A stretch of DNA of 64,000 bases, taken from the NCBI GenBank assembly GCA_963790475.1, contig CAWBOS010000010.1:224001-288000 (forward strand), in the 5' to 3' direction. The number at the start of each line of letters is the position of its first letter. Positions within the stretch are counted from its first letter, which is position 1. The stretch comes from an uncultured delta proteobacterium (GTDB lineage: Bacteria; Desulfobacterota; RBG-13-43-22). The notes beneath the pieces were generated by a model. The model made no database searches. It worked only from the letters and a program-made list of their open reading frames with translations, and was not told where the DNA came from. The translations under genes and the position numbers were made by a program. Below are positions 39,314 to 50,628 of the stretch, one piece after another.

Positions 39314-40521
39314 AAAACTTGAAAATACTGGATCTCACCTGGGCACTGGCCGGACCTTTCGGAACCATGCTGCTCTCCGACCTGGGTGCCGAAGTGATCA
39401 AGGTCGAGAGACCAGGCATCGGGGACGTAGCCAGGACCCTTGAACCCATTGTGGATTCGGTCAGCACCTATTTTTTCAGCGTCAATCGCGGTAAAAAAAG
39501 CATGGTCATCGACCTCAAAACAGAAAGAGGCAAAATGCTTTTCCTTAAGCTGGCGGCTGAATGTGATGTGTTGGTAGAAAATTTTACACCGGGGACCATG
39601 GATTCTCTCGGGTTGGGATACGAAACCCTGAAGGCCCATAACCCCAGGCTGATTTACGCCGCCTGCTCTGGATATGGACGGACCGGTCCGGAGTCTCAAA
39701 AGCCTTCGCTGGATGTTATCGCCCAGGGAAGATCCGGGGTGATGAGCATAACCGGCGAGGAAGGCCGGGATCCGGTGCGGGTGGGGGTGTCCATAGCCGA
39801 CCTTAGCGCCGGTATGTTTACGGCGCTTTCTATCTTAGCGGCGGTCTATGAAAGGATGGAAAGCGGATTGGGGCAGATGATTGATGTCAGCATGGTGGAC
39901 TCGGTAGTGGCCCTGGAAGAAAATGCCTTCGTCCGTTATTTCGCCACCGGCGAAGAGCCTCGAAGGTTGGGGAGCAAGCACCCGCTTCTGACGCCCTTCC
40001 AGGCCTTTCCCACTAAAGACGGGCATATAGTCCTGGTGGCTACCGGACCTATCGAACAATGGGCGCTTTTCCTGGAGAAAATTGATTGTCCGGATCTACT
40101 CAGCGATGAAAGATTTCATAATCCAAGGACCCGGTATAAATACAACAAAGAATTGGAGCCCATTTTTACCGAGGCCCTGAAGAAGAAAACAACCCGGGAA
40201 TGGATTGAAGAGTTTGAGCCGATTGGCATGCCCTGCGGACCGCTGAACAGCATTGCCGACAGCGCCCATGACCCACTTTTGATTTCAAGAAAAATGTTTA
40301 TCGATTTGCCGAACGCTGGCACGGAGAAGGGCACGATGAAAGTGGTCAATACCCCCATGAATTTTTCCAGGACTCCTGCCGGGCCGGAAAGCGGGGCCCC
40401 TGTTTTGGGGGAACACACCAGGGAAGTGCTCTCGTCTATGTTCGGCTTGGGGTTGAAGGAAATCGAAGAATTGGAATCTCAGGGGATTATAAACACTATT
40501 AAAAGCAGGAAGGAAAAATGA
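39298..40521 (+). CDS. Family III CoA-transferase (CaiB/BaiF)
   Basis: LAGPFGTMLLSDLGAEVIKVE, NRGKKS, DVLVENF, GVSIADLSAG (catalytic Asp). Confidence 0.94.
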   Translation: MSGPLKNLKILDLTWALAGPFGTMLLSDLGAEVIKVERPGIGDVARTLEPIVDSVSTYFFSVNRGKKSMVIDLKTERGKMLFLKLAAECDVLVENFTPGTMDSLGLGYETLKAHNPRLIYAACSGYGRTGPESQKPSLDVIAQGRSGVMSITGEEGRDPVRVGVSIADLSAGMFTALSILAAVYERMESGLGQMIDVSMVDSVVALEENAFVRYFATGEEPRRLGSKHPLLTPFQAFPTKDGHIVLVATGPIEQWALFLEKIDCPDLLSDERFHNPRTRYKYNKELEPIFTEALKKKTTREWIEEFEPIGMPCGPLNSIADSAHDPLLISRKMFIDLPNAGTEKGTMKVVNTPMNFSRTPAGPESGAPVLGEHTREVLSSMFGLGLKEIEELESQGIINTIKSRKEK

Positions 40522-42098
40522 AAATGAAAAACAAAACCCCGATTTTTATTATGGCCTTATTTTTAGCTTCATTCATTAACTCGCCGTCAACCTATGCCGC
40601 CGCCGCTCCGCAGTACGGCGGTGTTTACCGGACGGTTATGTCCGAGCCCCGATCATTAGACCCGCATATGGAAACCTATGCCCAGACTTCCGCCGTCACC
40701 AACAACACCAATAATCGTTTGATACGATGGAACAAAGATATGTCCGGGGTTGAACTCGACCTGGCGGAAAGCTTTCGGCAGATCGATCCTCTCACCTTTG
40801 AGTTTAAGCTGCACAAGGGGGTGAAATTTCATAATCTCCCGCCGGTGAACGGCCGCGAGTTGACCTCGGCGGACGTTAAATACTCCATAGAACGGGTCTC
40901 CGGAATGTACGGCCTAAAAAACAATTTCAAACATAAATACTATTTTGAGGACAAGCTGGCCGCCATCCAGACTCCGGATAAGTATACGGTTATCTTTAAA
41001 CTCAAAGAGCCCTTCGCGCCATTTATTAATTATCTGGCATCCGATTGGTCGGTTATCGTGGCCAAGGAAGTAGTGGATAAATACGGGGACCTGAAGAGAA
41101 ACGCTATCGGGACCGGCCCTTTTATCCTCGAGGAATATGTTCAGGGATCTCATATTACCATGGTTAAAAACAAGGATTACTTTAAAAAAGGGCTGCCCTA
41201 TCTGGATAAAATTCAAATCAAGATTATGAGTGATCCGGCCAGTATCATGGCCGCTTTTTTGGCCGGGAACCTGGATTCATTCGGTCCCTATTACTTCCAG
41301 ATCCCGGTGCTTCAAAAGGAGGCGCCTAAGGCCAAAATTGATAGGGAAAAATCTTTTCATATGTGGGTGTTGAGGACGCAACCCTGCACCACCACCTATG
41401 AAGACCTTGACCCCCCCCTTAAGGACCGGCGGGTCAGACAGGCAATCGGTTTGGCGATCGACAAGAAAAGGTTGCTCAATTTAGCCTGGGGAGGGGCGGG
41501 AACGGTTCAAATCGGGGCCATTCCAAATTTCCCGCCCTATTCACTGCCTGAATCCGATCAATTGGAATATAATCCGGAAAAGGCCAAAAAACTGTTGGCA
41601 GAAGCCGGGTATCCTAATGGTTTTAAAACCCAGTTGTTGACCTGGAACGCCGATTACATGACCAAACCGGCCCAGGTCATTAAGGAAATGCTTGGCAAGG
41701 TCGGGATTGAAATCGAATTAAAGCTTTTGGAACAGGCCCAGTATTTCAATACCGTTTTCCGGTACAAGTACCCCCTGTCTTTACACGTCATGACCGCCGG
41801 GTATGACCCGGATGATTGGATCGATCATTATTTCGGCCCCCATGAACATACCACGACCTATAAATGGTGTAATCCCAAGGTGTGGGACCTGGACGAAAAA
41901 CAAAGAAAAATTTTGGACGTAAAACAGCGGGCCAGGGTTATTCATGAGATTCAGCGGGAACTGATGCGGGATGCTACCCATACCTTTCTATATACCCAGG
42001 ACAGTTATTCCGCTTACTGGCCTTATGTCCATCCCAACGATTATTTCCATCCCAACAGCAGCCTGATGGGGGAAAAGATCTGGCTTGAAAAACACTGA
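40518..42098 (+). CDS. ABC transporter substrate-binding protein, family 5
   Basis: Signal peptide, SLDPH, GVKFH...TSADVKYS, IGTGPF, PYLDKI, KAKKLLAEAGYPNG. Confidence 0.93.
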   Translation: MKMKNKTPIFIMALFLASFINSPSTYAAAAPQYGGVYRTVMSEPRSLDPHMETYAQTSAVTNNTNNRLIRWNKDMSGVELDLAESFRQIDPLTFEFKLHKGVKFHNLPPVNGRELTSADVKYSIERVSGMYGLKNNFKHKYYFEDKLAAIQTPDKYTVIFKLKEPFAPFINYLASDWSVIVAKEVVDKYGDLKRNAIGTGPFILEEYVQGSHITMVKNKDYFKKGLPYLDKIQIKIMSDPASIMAAFLAGNLDSFGPYYFQIPVLQKEAPKAKIDREKSFHMWVLRTQPCTTTYEDLDPPLKDRRVRQAIGLAIDKKRLLNLAWGGAGTVQIGAIPNFPPYSLPESDQLEYNPEKAKKLLAEAGYPNGFKTQLLTWNADYMTKPAQVIKEMLGKVGIEIELKLLEQAQYFNTVFRYKYPLSLHVMTAGYDPDDWIDHYFGPHEHTTTYKWCNPKVWDLDEKQRKILDVKQRARVIHEIQRELMRDATHTFLYTQDSYSAYWPYVHPNDYFHPNSSLMGEKIWLEKH

Positions 42099-42274
42099 TC
42101 GGAAAGGGGAAGGCAACGAATTTTTACTGCTCTATCATATACTGATTCTTGTTGAAAATCCTTTAATGGCCATTCAAAAATATATCGAACCTGCAATTGC
42201 CCGCAGCCTGAAGGAATTGCAGGTTCAATTTCCTGGGTGGTAAGAGTGTTCCCGAAAAATTTCAAGGATAGTTA

Positions 42275-43699
42275 ATGAACAAGACGGAAAAAAAGAAAAC
42301 CCCCGGTCTTCCGCCTAAAATGGAAAAGGTTATCAGGGAGTCCGAATTGTTCGGGCCCGGGGCCAGGATTATCATTGGCGTCTCCGGGGGACCGGATTCC
42401 ATGGCCCTGCTTTCCCTGTTGGTCGAACTGCGACCCCATTGGGATGTGGACTTGTTGGTCCTCCACTGCCACCACGGTCTCCGGGCCGCGGCCGATGAAG
42501 AAGAGGCCCTGGTAAAGGTTTGGGCAAAAAAATGGGGCTGCCCTTTTTTAAGCCGAAAACTCACGGTCAAAGATTTTCAAAGGGAAAGCGGGATGTCCCT
42601 CCAGGAGGCGGCCCGGGAACTCCGGTACCGGACCTTCCTGGAATTGGCCGAGGTCAAGAAGGCGGACCGGGTGGCCCTGGCCCATACGGCCAATGACCAG
42701 GCCGAGGAAGTTCTTATCGGATTGATCCGGGGCGCAGGTTTGGGGGGTCTGGCCGGGATCCCCGTTAAAAGGGGACCTTTCATCCGGCCCCTGATCCGGA
42801 TTTATCGAACCGAAATCTTGAATTATTTGACCCTAAAAACTATTCCCTTCAAAGAGGACCTTTCCAATCGAGATTTTCGTTATCTGCGGGCCCGGGTCAG
42901 ACACCATCTGCTGCCGGAACTAAAAAAATATTCACCCAATATTTTGGCCCAATTAAACCAAACGGCCGGGCTGCTACAGAAAGACGAGGAATACCTCCAG
43001 GAAAAAGTCGATCAACTTTCAGAGACTGTTTTTTCCTATTCCGGCCAGGGGCCCTCTCTCCGTCGTTCCAGCCTGGCCGATCTTCCCCAGGCCTTGAGTT
43101 CCAGGTTGATTCAGAAGGCTGTTTTAAACAGTATCGGGAAGTTAAGACATATCCGGGCCGTCCATATCCTGTCGATCATAGCGGCTGCTCAAAGCAGCCG
43201 AAGTCGGGGCCGGATCATCCTGCCGGAGGGCTGGTCAGCCCAGTGGGACCGGGATATTTTTCGTATTGCCCCGACCCTCTCCGAACCTGATCCTACAAAA
43301 TCTTTTGCCTACGAAATTGACAAGGTTCAGGAGGTTTTGATCCGGGAAACAGGGGAAAGGATATTATTCAAGAAGATCAGGGTGCCTTGGGAATCCCTTC
43401 TGGTATTGAAAGATAAGAACCCGGTCCGGGTGGATTTTGATAAGCTCTCCTGGCCCTTGACGATTAGAAACCTGCGCCCGGGCGATCGTTTCCAACCTTT
43501 GGGCATGAAAGGATCGAAAAAGGTCAGCCGGTTCTTTATTGACCGGAAAATCCCCAAAACATTGCGCTCCCGTATCCCGCTGGTTTTGTCCGGAGGGGAA
43601 ATCGTCTGGATAGCCGGGATGGAAATTGGACAGGATTTTTGTCTGGACCATAAATCCTCCCGGGCATTGGAAATGAAATACCTTTCCAAACCTTTTTGA
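42275..43699 (+). CDS. tilS: tRNA(Ile)-lysidine synthetase
   Basis: SGGPDS, HHGLR, ARELRY, AHTANDQAE, IRPL, C-terminal GDRFQP. Confidence 0.96.
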   Translation: MNKTEKKKTPGLPPKMEKVIRESELFGPGARIIIGVSGGPDSMALLSLLVELRPHWDVDLLVLHCHHGLRAAADEEEALVKVWAKKWGCPFLSRKLTVKDFQRESGMSLQEAARELRYRTFLELAEVKKADRVALAHTANDQAEEVLIGLIRGAGLGGLAGIPVKRGPFIRPLIRIYRTEILNYLTLKTIPFKEDLSNRDFRYLRARVRHHLLPELKKYSPNILAQLNQTAGLLQKDEEYLQEKVDQLSETVFSYSGQGPSLRRSSLADLPQALSSRLIQKAVLNSIGKLRHIRAVHILSIIAAAQSSRSRGRIILPEGWSAQWDRDIFRIAPTLSEPDPTKSFAYEIDKVQEVLIRETGERILFKKIRVPWESLLVLKDKNPVRVDFDKLSWPLTIRNLRPGDRFQPLGMKGSKKVSRFFIDRKIPKTLRSRIPLVLSGGEIVWIAGMEIGQDFCLDHKSSRALEMKYLSKPF

Positions 43700-43703
43700 A
43701 AAT

Positions 43704-43796
43704 TAAGAATCCAGGAGCCAGAATTCAGAATGGGGTTGAATCGATAGAAAGATTTAGGTTTTTTCTGGATTCTGGATTCTGATTTCTGGATTCTTA
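43704..43796. repeat. Inverted arrays of heptamer repeats
   Basis: TAAGAATCCAGGAGCCAGAATTCAGAAT ... TTCTGGA TTCTGGA TTCTGAT TTCTGGA TTCTTA. Confidence 0.7.
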
Positions 43797-43966
43797 GCGT
43801 CGCAGAAAATTACGGCCTGCTCATAAAATTGTGAGAGATAAATCTCTGCTTAAGAGTGTAATAATCCTAATAAAGAATTCCGGTAAAAAAGCTTTGAATT
43901 TCAAAGCATTTTGTGATATTTTGAATAAATCTGTTATATCTGGAATAAGATTTTAGGAGTGGAGCA

Positions 43967-45808
43967 TTGAATCCTTTTTACAAGAATTTAGCCATGTGGG
44001 TGGTCATCAGCTTAGTCATGATCGCCCTGTTCAATTTGTTTAATAAACCGCAAACCGCCAAAGAATCTTTGAGCTATACCGATTTTCTGAGCATGGTTGA
44101 AAAGGGGGAGATCCTGAGTGTGACCATTCAGGGGGACGACATCCAGGGGTTTTTGACCGGCGGGAAAAAATTCAAGACCTTTGCCCCCAGGGATTCGGAC
44201 CTTATCAAGACTTTACGGACCTATAATGTCCGCATCACAGCCAAACCCATAGATGATTCCCCCTGGTATATGACCATTTTGATTTCCTGGTTCCCTATGC
44301 TCCTTCTGGTGGGGGTCTGGATTTTTTTTATGCGCCAGATGCAAAGCGGCGGGGGCAAGGCCATGGCCTTCGGCAAAAGCCGGGCCAGGCTTCAGTCCGA
44401 CCAGGGACCCAAGGTTACCTTCAGCGACGTAGCCGGGATTGAAGAGGCCAAGGAGGAGCTCCGAGAAATCATCGATTTCTTAAAAGACCCCAAAAAATTT
44501 ACCCGCCTGGGAGGGCGTATCCCCAAGGGGGTGCTGTTAATGGGGTCCCCCGGAACAGGCAAGACTTTACTGGCCAAGGCCATTGCCGGGGAGGCCGGAG
44601 TGCCTTTTTTCAGTATCAGCGGATCTGATTTTGTGGAGATGTTTGTCGGGGTTGGGGCCTCCCGGGTCCGGGACCTTTTTATTCAAGGCAAGCGCAACGC
44701 CCCTTGTATCATTTTTATCGATGAAATCGATGCCGTGGGGCGTCACCGGGGCGCAGGTTTAGGCGGCGGTCATGATGAGCGGGAGCAGACCTTAAACCAG
44801 TTGTTGGTGGAGATGGACGGTTTTGAATCCAACGAAGGGGTGATCCTGATTTCGGCCACCAACCGCCCGGACGTCCTGGACCCGGCCCTGTTGCGATCAG
44901 GACGATTTGACCGCCAGGTGGTTGTTCCGATCCCGGATATAAAAGGACGGGAAGAAATCCTGAAGGTCCATACCCGGAAAACCCCTCTAACTCCAGGCGT
45001 TAATTTAAGTGTCCTGGCACGTGGGACCCCGGGATTTTCCGGGGCTGACCTGGAAAACCTGGTCAATGAAGCGGCTTTACTCGCTGCCCGGCTGGGAAGA
45101 GATTTAATTGATATGGACGACTTTGAAACCGCCAAAGATAAGGTCATGATGGGTACCGAACGGCGCAGCATGATTATCAGTGAAGAGGAACGTAAAAATA
45201 CGGCCTATCACGAGGCCGGACATACCCTGGTGGCCAGACTGTTGCCGGGAACCGATCCCATTCACAAGGTGACCATTATTCCCCGGGGACGGGCCCTGGG
45301 ACTGACTCAACAGTTACCTATCGATGAGAAACATACCTATCCTCGGGATTTCCTGATGAATAATCTGGTCATTTTTTTAGGGGGCCGGGTGGCGGAGGAA
45401 CTGATCCTGAAACAAATTACCACCGGGGCCGGCAATGACCTGGAAAGGGCCACGGAACTGGCCCGGAAGATGATTTGCGAGTGGGGAATGAGCTCCGAGC
45501 TGGGTCCCCTGACTTTCGGTAAGAAGGAAGAGCAGATTTTCCTGGGCCGGGAGATAGCCCAGCATCGGGATTACAGCGAAGAAACAGCCCGCAAAATAGA
45601 CCTGGAAGTGAAACACCTGATTCTCGATGCCTATCAGAAGGCCCAGGATTTATTGAGGGAAAATCTGGAGATACTGCATCGTCTGGCCCAATTACTTCTG
45701 GAAAAAGAGACTCTGGATGGAGATACCATTGATGCCATCATCCAAGGAAAGGAAGTAACGAGAGGTTCCGACCAGAGCGGGAAGGAAGCGACCTTAAAAG
45801 AAAGCTGA
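43967..45808 (+). CDS. ftsH: ATP-dependent zinc metalloprotease FtsH
   Basis: Two TMs, [29 protein letters not shown]; TTG start with AGGAG. Confidence 0.98.
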   Translation: MNPFYKNLAMWVVISLVMIALFNLFNKPQTAKESLSYTDFLSMVEKGEILSVTIQGDDIQGFLTGGKKFKTFAPRDSDLIKTLRTYNVRITAKPIDDSPWYMTILISWFPMLLLVGVWIFFMRQMQSGGGKAMAFGKSRARLQSDQGPKVTFSDVAGIEEAKEELREIIDFLKDPKKFTRLGGRIPKGVLLMGSPGTGKTLLAKAIAGEAGVPFFSISGSDFVEMFVGVGASRVRDLFIQGKRNAPCIIFIDEIDAVGRHRGAGLGGGHDEREQTLNQLLVEMDGFESNEGVILISATNRPDVLDPALLRSGRFDRQVVVPIPDIKGREEILKVHTRKTPLTPGVNLSVLARGTPGFSGADLENLVNEAALLAARLGRDLIDMDDFETAKDKVMMGTERRSMIISEEERKNTAYHEAGHTLVARLLPGTDPIHKVTIIPRGRALGLTQQLPIDEKHTYPRDFLMNNLVIFLGGRVAEELILKQITTGAGNDLERATELARKMICEWGMSSELGPLTFGKKEEQIFLGREIAQHRDYSEETARKIDLEVKHLILDAYQKAQDLLRENLEILHRLAQLLLEKETLDGDTIDAIIQGKEVTRGSDQSGKEATLKES

Positions 45809-45853
45809 TAGCTGATAGCTGATAGCTGATAGCTGATAGCTGATAGCTGATAG
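45803..45853. repeat. Perfect heptamer microsatellite (AGCTGAT)x7
   Basis: Seven exact copies; the first contains the ftsH stop codon. Confidence 0.95.
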
Positions 45854-45948
45854 AAATTTTGTTTCTTTTGAATTTTGTCAATTGAAAATTTGGGGGAATC
45901 TGATTTTCCTTCAGCTTCGAACTTTGAACTGAAGAAAAAGAATTATTG

Positions 45949-46809
45949 ATGGTTCTTCGAAATACCTATGAATTGAAATGTGACCGATTTCGCCTTTCAT
46001 TAGGGAAAAAAACCTTGACCATGGGGGTCTTGAATATAACCCCCGATTCCTTTTCCGACGGCGGATTGTTTTTTCAAAGGGATAAAGCCATTGCCCAGGG
46101 GGAGGCCCTGGCCGCCCAGGGGGCCGATCTGCTGGATATCGGGGGGGAATCGACCAGGCCTTTTTCCGATCCGATTTCAACCCAAGAAGAGATTCAAAGA
46201 ATCGTTCCAGTTATCCGGGAATTGGGCAAAAGAATTTCCATTCCCCTTTCGGTGGATACCTATAAGGCCGAAGTGGCCAAAGCCGCCCTGGATGCCGGGG
46301 CCGGCCTGGTTAATGATATTTCGGCCCTGAACTTTGATTCCGATTTGGCAAAGGTCATTGCCGAATACCGGGTCCCGGTGATTCTCATGCACATGCAGGG
46401 CACCCCGCGAGATATGCAAGTCAATCCTCAATATAAACGTCTCCTGGAGGACATTTACCAATTTTTTGTGGAAAGGATCGCATTGGCCCAAAGTCAGGGA
46501 ATATCCAGGGACCATATTCTACTCGATCCGGGAATCGGATTCGGGAAGACCTTTTCCCAAAACTTGACCCTGATAAAACGATTGGATTATTTCCAAAACC
46601 TGGATCAGCCGTTGGTCCTGGGGACCTCCCGAAAGGCCTTTATCGGCAAAATAACCGGCCAGGAACCTATGAACCGGGATTGGGGCACAGCGGCAACCTT
46701 GGCCATCGGCGTCTGGCAGGGGGCCCATATGGTCCGGGTACATAATGTGGCTGCCGCCAAACAGGTTATGGCCGTGGTGGATGCCCTGGCTGAGGGTGCT
46801 GACGAATGA
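45949..46809 (+). CDS. folP: Dihydropteroate synthase
   Basis: MGVLNITPDSFSDGG, DIGGESTRP, DPGIGFGK, GTSRK, VRVHNV. Confidence 0.97.
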   Translation: MVLRNTYELKCDRFRLSLGKKTLTMGVLNITPDSFSDGGLFFQRDKAIAQGEALAAQGADLLDIGGESTRPFSDPISTQEEIQRIVPVIRELGKRISIPLSVDTYKAEVAKAALDAGAGLVNDISALNFDSDLAKVIAEYRVPVILMHMQGTPRDMQVNPQYKRLLEDIYQFFVERIALAQSQGISRDHILLDPGIGFGKTFSQNLTLIKRLDYFQNLDQPLVLGTSRKAFIGKITGQEPMNRDWGTAATLAIGVWQGAHMVRVHNVAAAKQVMAVVDALAEGADE

Positions 46810-47627
46810 ACGGGTTCGGGTTCTTATTTCAACATATACGCTGGCAGGATGTGGTGGACGTCCTGGTAGTCGCTTTTATCATTTATCAGATTTTTTTGCT
46901 GATCAAAGGGACCCGGGCCGTACAAATTTTACTGGGCATGGTGGTTATTTTCGTAGCTTTTTTGATTGCCAGGAAGGTAGAACTGCTCACCCTGCACTGG
47001 ATCTTGAGTAATTTCCTCGGTTCCATCATCCTGGTCATTATTATCCTTTTTAAGTCCGAAATCCGAAGGGTGCTGGCCCAGGTGGGCCGCAGTCCTTTTG
47101 TCAGAACCCCGGCCGAAACCCTTCAAACCATCGAAGAAGTCATCAAGGCGGCCGTTTATCTTTCCAGTCATCTCACTGGGGCCTTGATTGTCTTGGAAAG
47201 ACAGACCGGACTGAACGACCATTTAAGATCCGGAACGGTGATGGATGCCAAGGTCAGTTGGGAATTACTGGTGAGTATCTTCCATCCCCAGTCACCGATG
47301 CATGATGGGGCGGTTATTATCCAGAACAGTAAGATAACGGCGGCCGGCTGTTACCTTCCTCTGACCCGGAATACCCGGGTCAGCAAAAGTTTCGGGTCCC
47401 GACATCGGGCGGCCCTGGGGTTATCGGAAGAAGCGGATTCGGCGGTTGTAGTGGTATCCGAAGAGACCGGGCGTATTTCCGTGGCCATCAACGGCCGGTT
47501 TACACGAGGTCTGGATTCGACCACCCTGAAAAGGGTCTTGCAAACCTTGTTTGCCAAAGAAAACGGGCGCAGGGTCTATTGGTTGTTCGGGCCCCGGAAG
47601 CCTTCACGGCCAAAAGGTGACCGATAA
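46806..47627 (+). CDS. cdaA: Diadenylate cyclase
   Basis: Three TMs; DAC motifs HDGA and RHRAA; VSEETG. Confidence 0.95.
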   Translation: MNGFGFLFQHIRWQDVVDVLVVAFIIYQIFLLIKGTRAVQILLGMVVIFVAFLIARKVELLTLHWILSNFLGSIILVIIILFKSEIRRVLAQVGRSPFVRTPAETLQTIEEVIKAAVYLSSHLTGALIVLERQTGLNDHLRSGTVMDAKVSWELLVSIFHPQSPMHDGAVIIQNSKITAAGCYLPLTRNTRVSKSFGSRHRAALGLSEEADSAVVVVSEETGRISVAINGRFTRGLDSTTLKRVLQTLFAKENGRRVYWLFGPRKPSRPKGDR

Positions 47628-48256
47628 TGAAAAATTGGCATTTCAAACTCCTGGCAGTCCTTCTGGCCGTCATCATGTGGTATTTTGTGGTCGGAGAAGA
47701 ACGGGCTGAAGTGGGGTTGACGGTCCCACTGGTACTGATCAATATGCCTCGGGATTTGATCGTGGTCAACAACGTCCCCCATGGAATAGAGATACGGGTC
47801 AACGGGCCGAGAAGCCTGGTTCAATCCCTTTCCACGGAAAATTTGAGCAAAAGCCTGGATCTCTCCAACACCCGGGAAGGAGCGGTTTCCTTTTCGATTT
47901 CTTCCGAAGGGATCCCTTTGCCCCGGGGAGTTAAAATCACCCGGATCAATCCCACTCAGGTGACGGTGGTCCTGCAAAAATTAATGATAAGGAATATTGC
48001 CGTTAATCCCCGGGTGACCGGAAGACCGGACCCGGGCTTTGAGGTGGAATCGGTTCGAGCCCACCCCGAACACGTGGATATCGCCGGACCGGAAGACGTA
48101 GTCAAAAAGATAGAGGGCCTGTATACCAAACCGATCGACATTCAGGGATTGAAGGCTGATTTGAAACAGCGGACTTTTCTGGATTTCCGGAATTATCAGA
48201 TTTATTTGGTCAAAGAGGCACCATTGGAGGTTGAAGTAAAAATAAAGAAGAGGTAA
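47627..48256 (+). CDS. cdaR: YbbR/CdaR family regulator
   Basis: N-terminal anchor plus two YbbR-like domains; lies between cdaA and glmM. Confidence 0.88.
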   Translation: MKNWHFKLLAVLLAVIMWYFVVGEERAEVGLTVPLVLINMPRDLIVVNNVPHGIEIRVNGPRSLVQSLSTENLSKSLDLSNTREGAVSFSISSEGIPLPRGVKITRINPTQVTVVLQKLMIRNIAVNPRVTGRPDPGFEVESVRAHPEHVDIAGPEDVVKKIEGLYTKPIDIQGLKADLKQRTFLDFRNYQIYLVKEAPLEVEVKIKKR

Positions 48257-48294
48257 CAGTTTAACTTTTTATTAACCGGAAATAAGGAGAAGCG

Positions 48295-49647
48295 ATGCGG
48301 AAACTATTCGGTACCGACGGGATCCGGGGGGTGGCCAATGTTTACCCCATGACGGTAGAAGTGGCCCTGCAGCTCGGAAAAGGTTGCGCCTATATTTTTA
48401 AAGACAAGAACCGGCGCCATAAAATTGTGGTGGGAAAAGATACCCGGTTATCCGGATATATGATAGAAACGGCCATCACGGCCGGGATCTGTTCCATGGG
48501 AGGGGATGTAATCCTGGTCGGGCCCCTGCCGACCCCGGGGATCGCTTTCATAACCACCAGCATGAGGGCTGATGCCGGTATCGTAATTTCCGCTTCTCAT
48601 AATGCTTATCAGGACAACGGGATTAAAATATTTTCCAGTAACGGATTTAAGCTGCCGGACCAGATGGAGGAACGGATCGAGGCCCTCATGTTTTCCGAGG
48701 AGCTTTCTTCCTCCACGGTTACGGCCAATAAGGTCGGAAAGGCCTTCCGCATCGAAGATGCCATCGGCCGTTATATTGTTTTTTTAAAAAATACCTTTCC
48801 CCAGGAATTGACCCTGGATGGGATGCGTATCGTCCTGGACTGTGCCAATGGGGCCACCTACAAGGTCGCCCCCACGGTTTTCGAAGAATTAGGGGCCGAA
48901 GTGACCTTGCTGGGGGCCAAACCCAATGGTGAAAATATCAATAAAAATTGCGGGGCCCTGTATCCCGGGTTGATCAGTGCCATGGTTCGGAAAAAAAAGG
49001 CCGACCTGGGAATCAGTTTTGATGGGGATGGCGACCGGGTGGTTTTTGTGGACGAAAACGGGGAAATCGTCAATGGGGACCAGATAATGGCCATCTGTGC
49101 CAGCCGGATGTTCAAGGAAAGAAGGTTGAAAAAAAGCACTCTGGTTACCACCGTTATGAGCAATATGGGGCTGGAAGTGTCCATGCGGGAGAAGGGTATC
49201 CGCCTTATCCGGACTCAGGTGGGAGACCGCTACGTGGTGGAGGAAATGGTCAAACGGGGCTGCAACTTCGGCGGGGAACAATCGGGTCATTTGATATTCC
49301 TGGATCACAACCCGACCGGAGACGGGATACTGAGTGCCCTGCAACTGCTGGCCATCATGCAGAAGGAAGAAAAGAGCCTTTCCGACTTATCGGATATTAT
49401 GGATCACTATCCGCAGAAGCTGGTCAATGTCCGGATAAAGGAGCGCCGGCGGCTGGAAGAATTTCCGGCCGTAATCCAGCAGATTAGAAAGGTTGAAAGA
49501 AAACTGGGCGAAAAAGGGCGGCTCCTGGTTCGTTTTTCGGGAACGGAACCCCTGGTCCGGGTCATGGTGGAAGGAGAAGATGAAAAAGAAATTCAGGCCC
49601 TGGCTGCAGAAACAGCCCGGGTGATCGAGAGGGAATTCAATGCCTAA
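48295..49647 (+). CDS. glmM: Phosphoglucosamine mutase
   Basis: [34 protein letters not shown]. Confidence 0.97.
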   Translation: MRKLFGTDGIRGVANVYPMTVEVALQLGKGCAYIFKDKNRRHKIVVGKDTRLSGYMIETAITAGICSMGGDVILVGPLPTPGIAFITTSMRADAGIVISASHNAYQDNGIKIFSSNGFKLPDQMEERIEALMFSEELSSSTVTANKVGKAFRIEDAIGRYIVFLKNTFPQELTLDGMRIVLDCANGATYKVAPTVFEELGAEVTLLGAKPNGENINKNCGALYPGLISAMVRKKKADLGISFDGDGDRVVFVDENGEIVNGDQIMAICASRMFKERRLKKSTLVTTVMSNMGLEVSMREKGIRLIRTQVGDRYVVEEMVKRGCNFGGEQSGHLIFLDHNPTGDGILSALQLLAIMQKEEKSLSDLSDIMDHYPQKLVNVRIKERRRLEEFPAVIQQIRKVERKLGEKGRLLVRFSGTEPLVRVMVEGEDEKEIQALAAETARVIEREFNA

Positions 49648-50431
49648 GAAAACGAAAGACCTTCTGTTGGTCATTGATGTGGGTAATACCAACATCGTAT
49701 TGGGGGTCTATGATGGGCTGACCCGCCTTTGTGATTGGCGTATCCGTACCGAACGGGATGCCACTATGGATGAATTGGGGATCTCCTTTAAAAATCTTTT
49801 CACCACCAGAGATTTGGCCCTGGAACAGATCGGCCATATGATCATCTCCTGTGTGGTTCCGCCTATGCTCTATACCCTGGAAGAATTCGGTAAACGCTAT
49901 TTTAATCTGCGTCCCTTCTTTGTTGGGCCGGGAATCAAGACCGGTATGCCTATTTTTATTGATAACCCTAAAGAAGTGGGGGCCGACCGCATCGTCAATG
50001 CCGTGGCCGCCTATGAAAAATACCGGACCAATTTGGTCGTAGTGGATTTCGGAACGGCGACCACTTTTGATTATGTTTCCGAAAAGGGAGAATTCATGGG
50101 CGGGGCCATCGCCCCGGGAATCCTGATCTCCTGTGAGGCCCTGTTTCAAAAGGCCTCCAAACTGCCCCGGGTGGAAATCTTTACCCGACCTAAAACCGTC
50201 TTGGCCAAAGATACCATCAGCGCTATGAACGTGGGCATTATTTACGGCTATACCGGGCTGGTGGACGGGTTGGTCCAGCGGTTCATAGACGCCGTAACCC
50301 CCAAACCCAAAGCTATCGCTACCGGCGGACTGGCCCCCCTGATCGCCTCCGAATCCAAAACCATCGAAGCCGTCGAACCTTACCTGACCCTGGAGGGGCT
50401 GCGGATTATTTATGAGCGAAACCGACCGTAA
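49640..50431 (+). CDS. coaX: Type III pantothenate kinase
   Basis: [31 protein letters not shown]. Confidence 0.96.
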   Translation: MPKKTKDLLLVIDVGNTNIVLGVYDGLTRLCDWRIRTERDATMDELGISFKNLFTTRDLALEQIGHMIISCVVPPMLYTLEEFGKRYFNLRPFFVGPGIKTGMPIFIDNPKEVGADRIVNAVAAYEKYRTNLVVVDFGTATTFDYVSEKGEFMGGAIAPGILISCEALFQKASKLPRVEIFTRPKTVLAKDTISAMNVGIIYGYTGLVDGLVQRFIDAVTPKPKAIATGGLAPLIASESKTIEAVEPYLTLEGLRIIYERNRP

Positions 50432-50628
50432 TGAGCCAACTACCGGGGAGATAATCTTTTAGGGCAAATAGCCATCAGCTCCCAGCATCGAACTAACCCT
50501 TTTTGCACGATTTTTTTTCTGAAAGCTTAACGCTAATCTCTGACAGCTTGAGCTCTGATGAAAAAGCTAAGGTGGTCGCAAATGGCGACCACCTTGCCAA
50601 GCTTAAATTCTCCGCTTCTCTTCCTTAT

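Noticed and set aside
45803-45853. Possible CRISPR array
   Set aside because: Pure 7-mer tandem repeat with no spacers; no cas genes in the window.
50569-50595. Hairpin as coaX terminator
   Set aside because: No T-run, and it lies within the ORF6N coding remnant.
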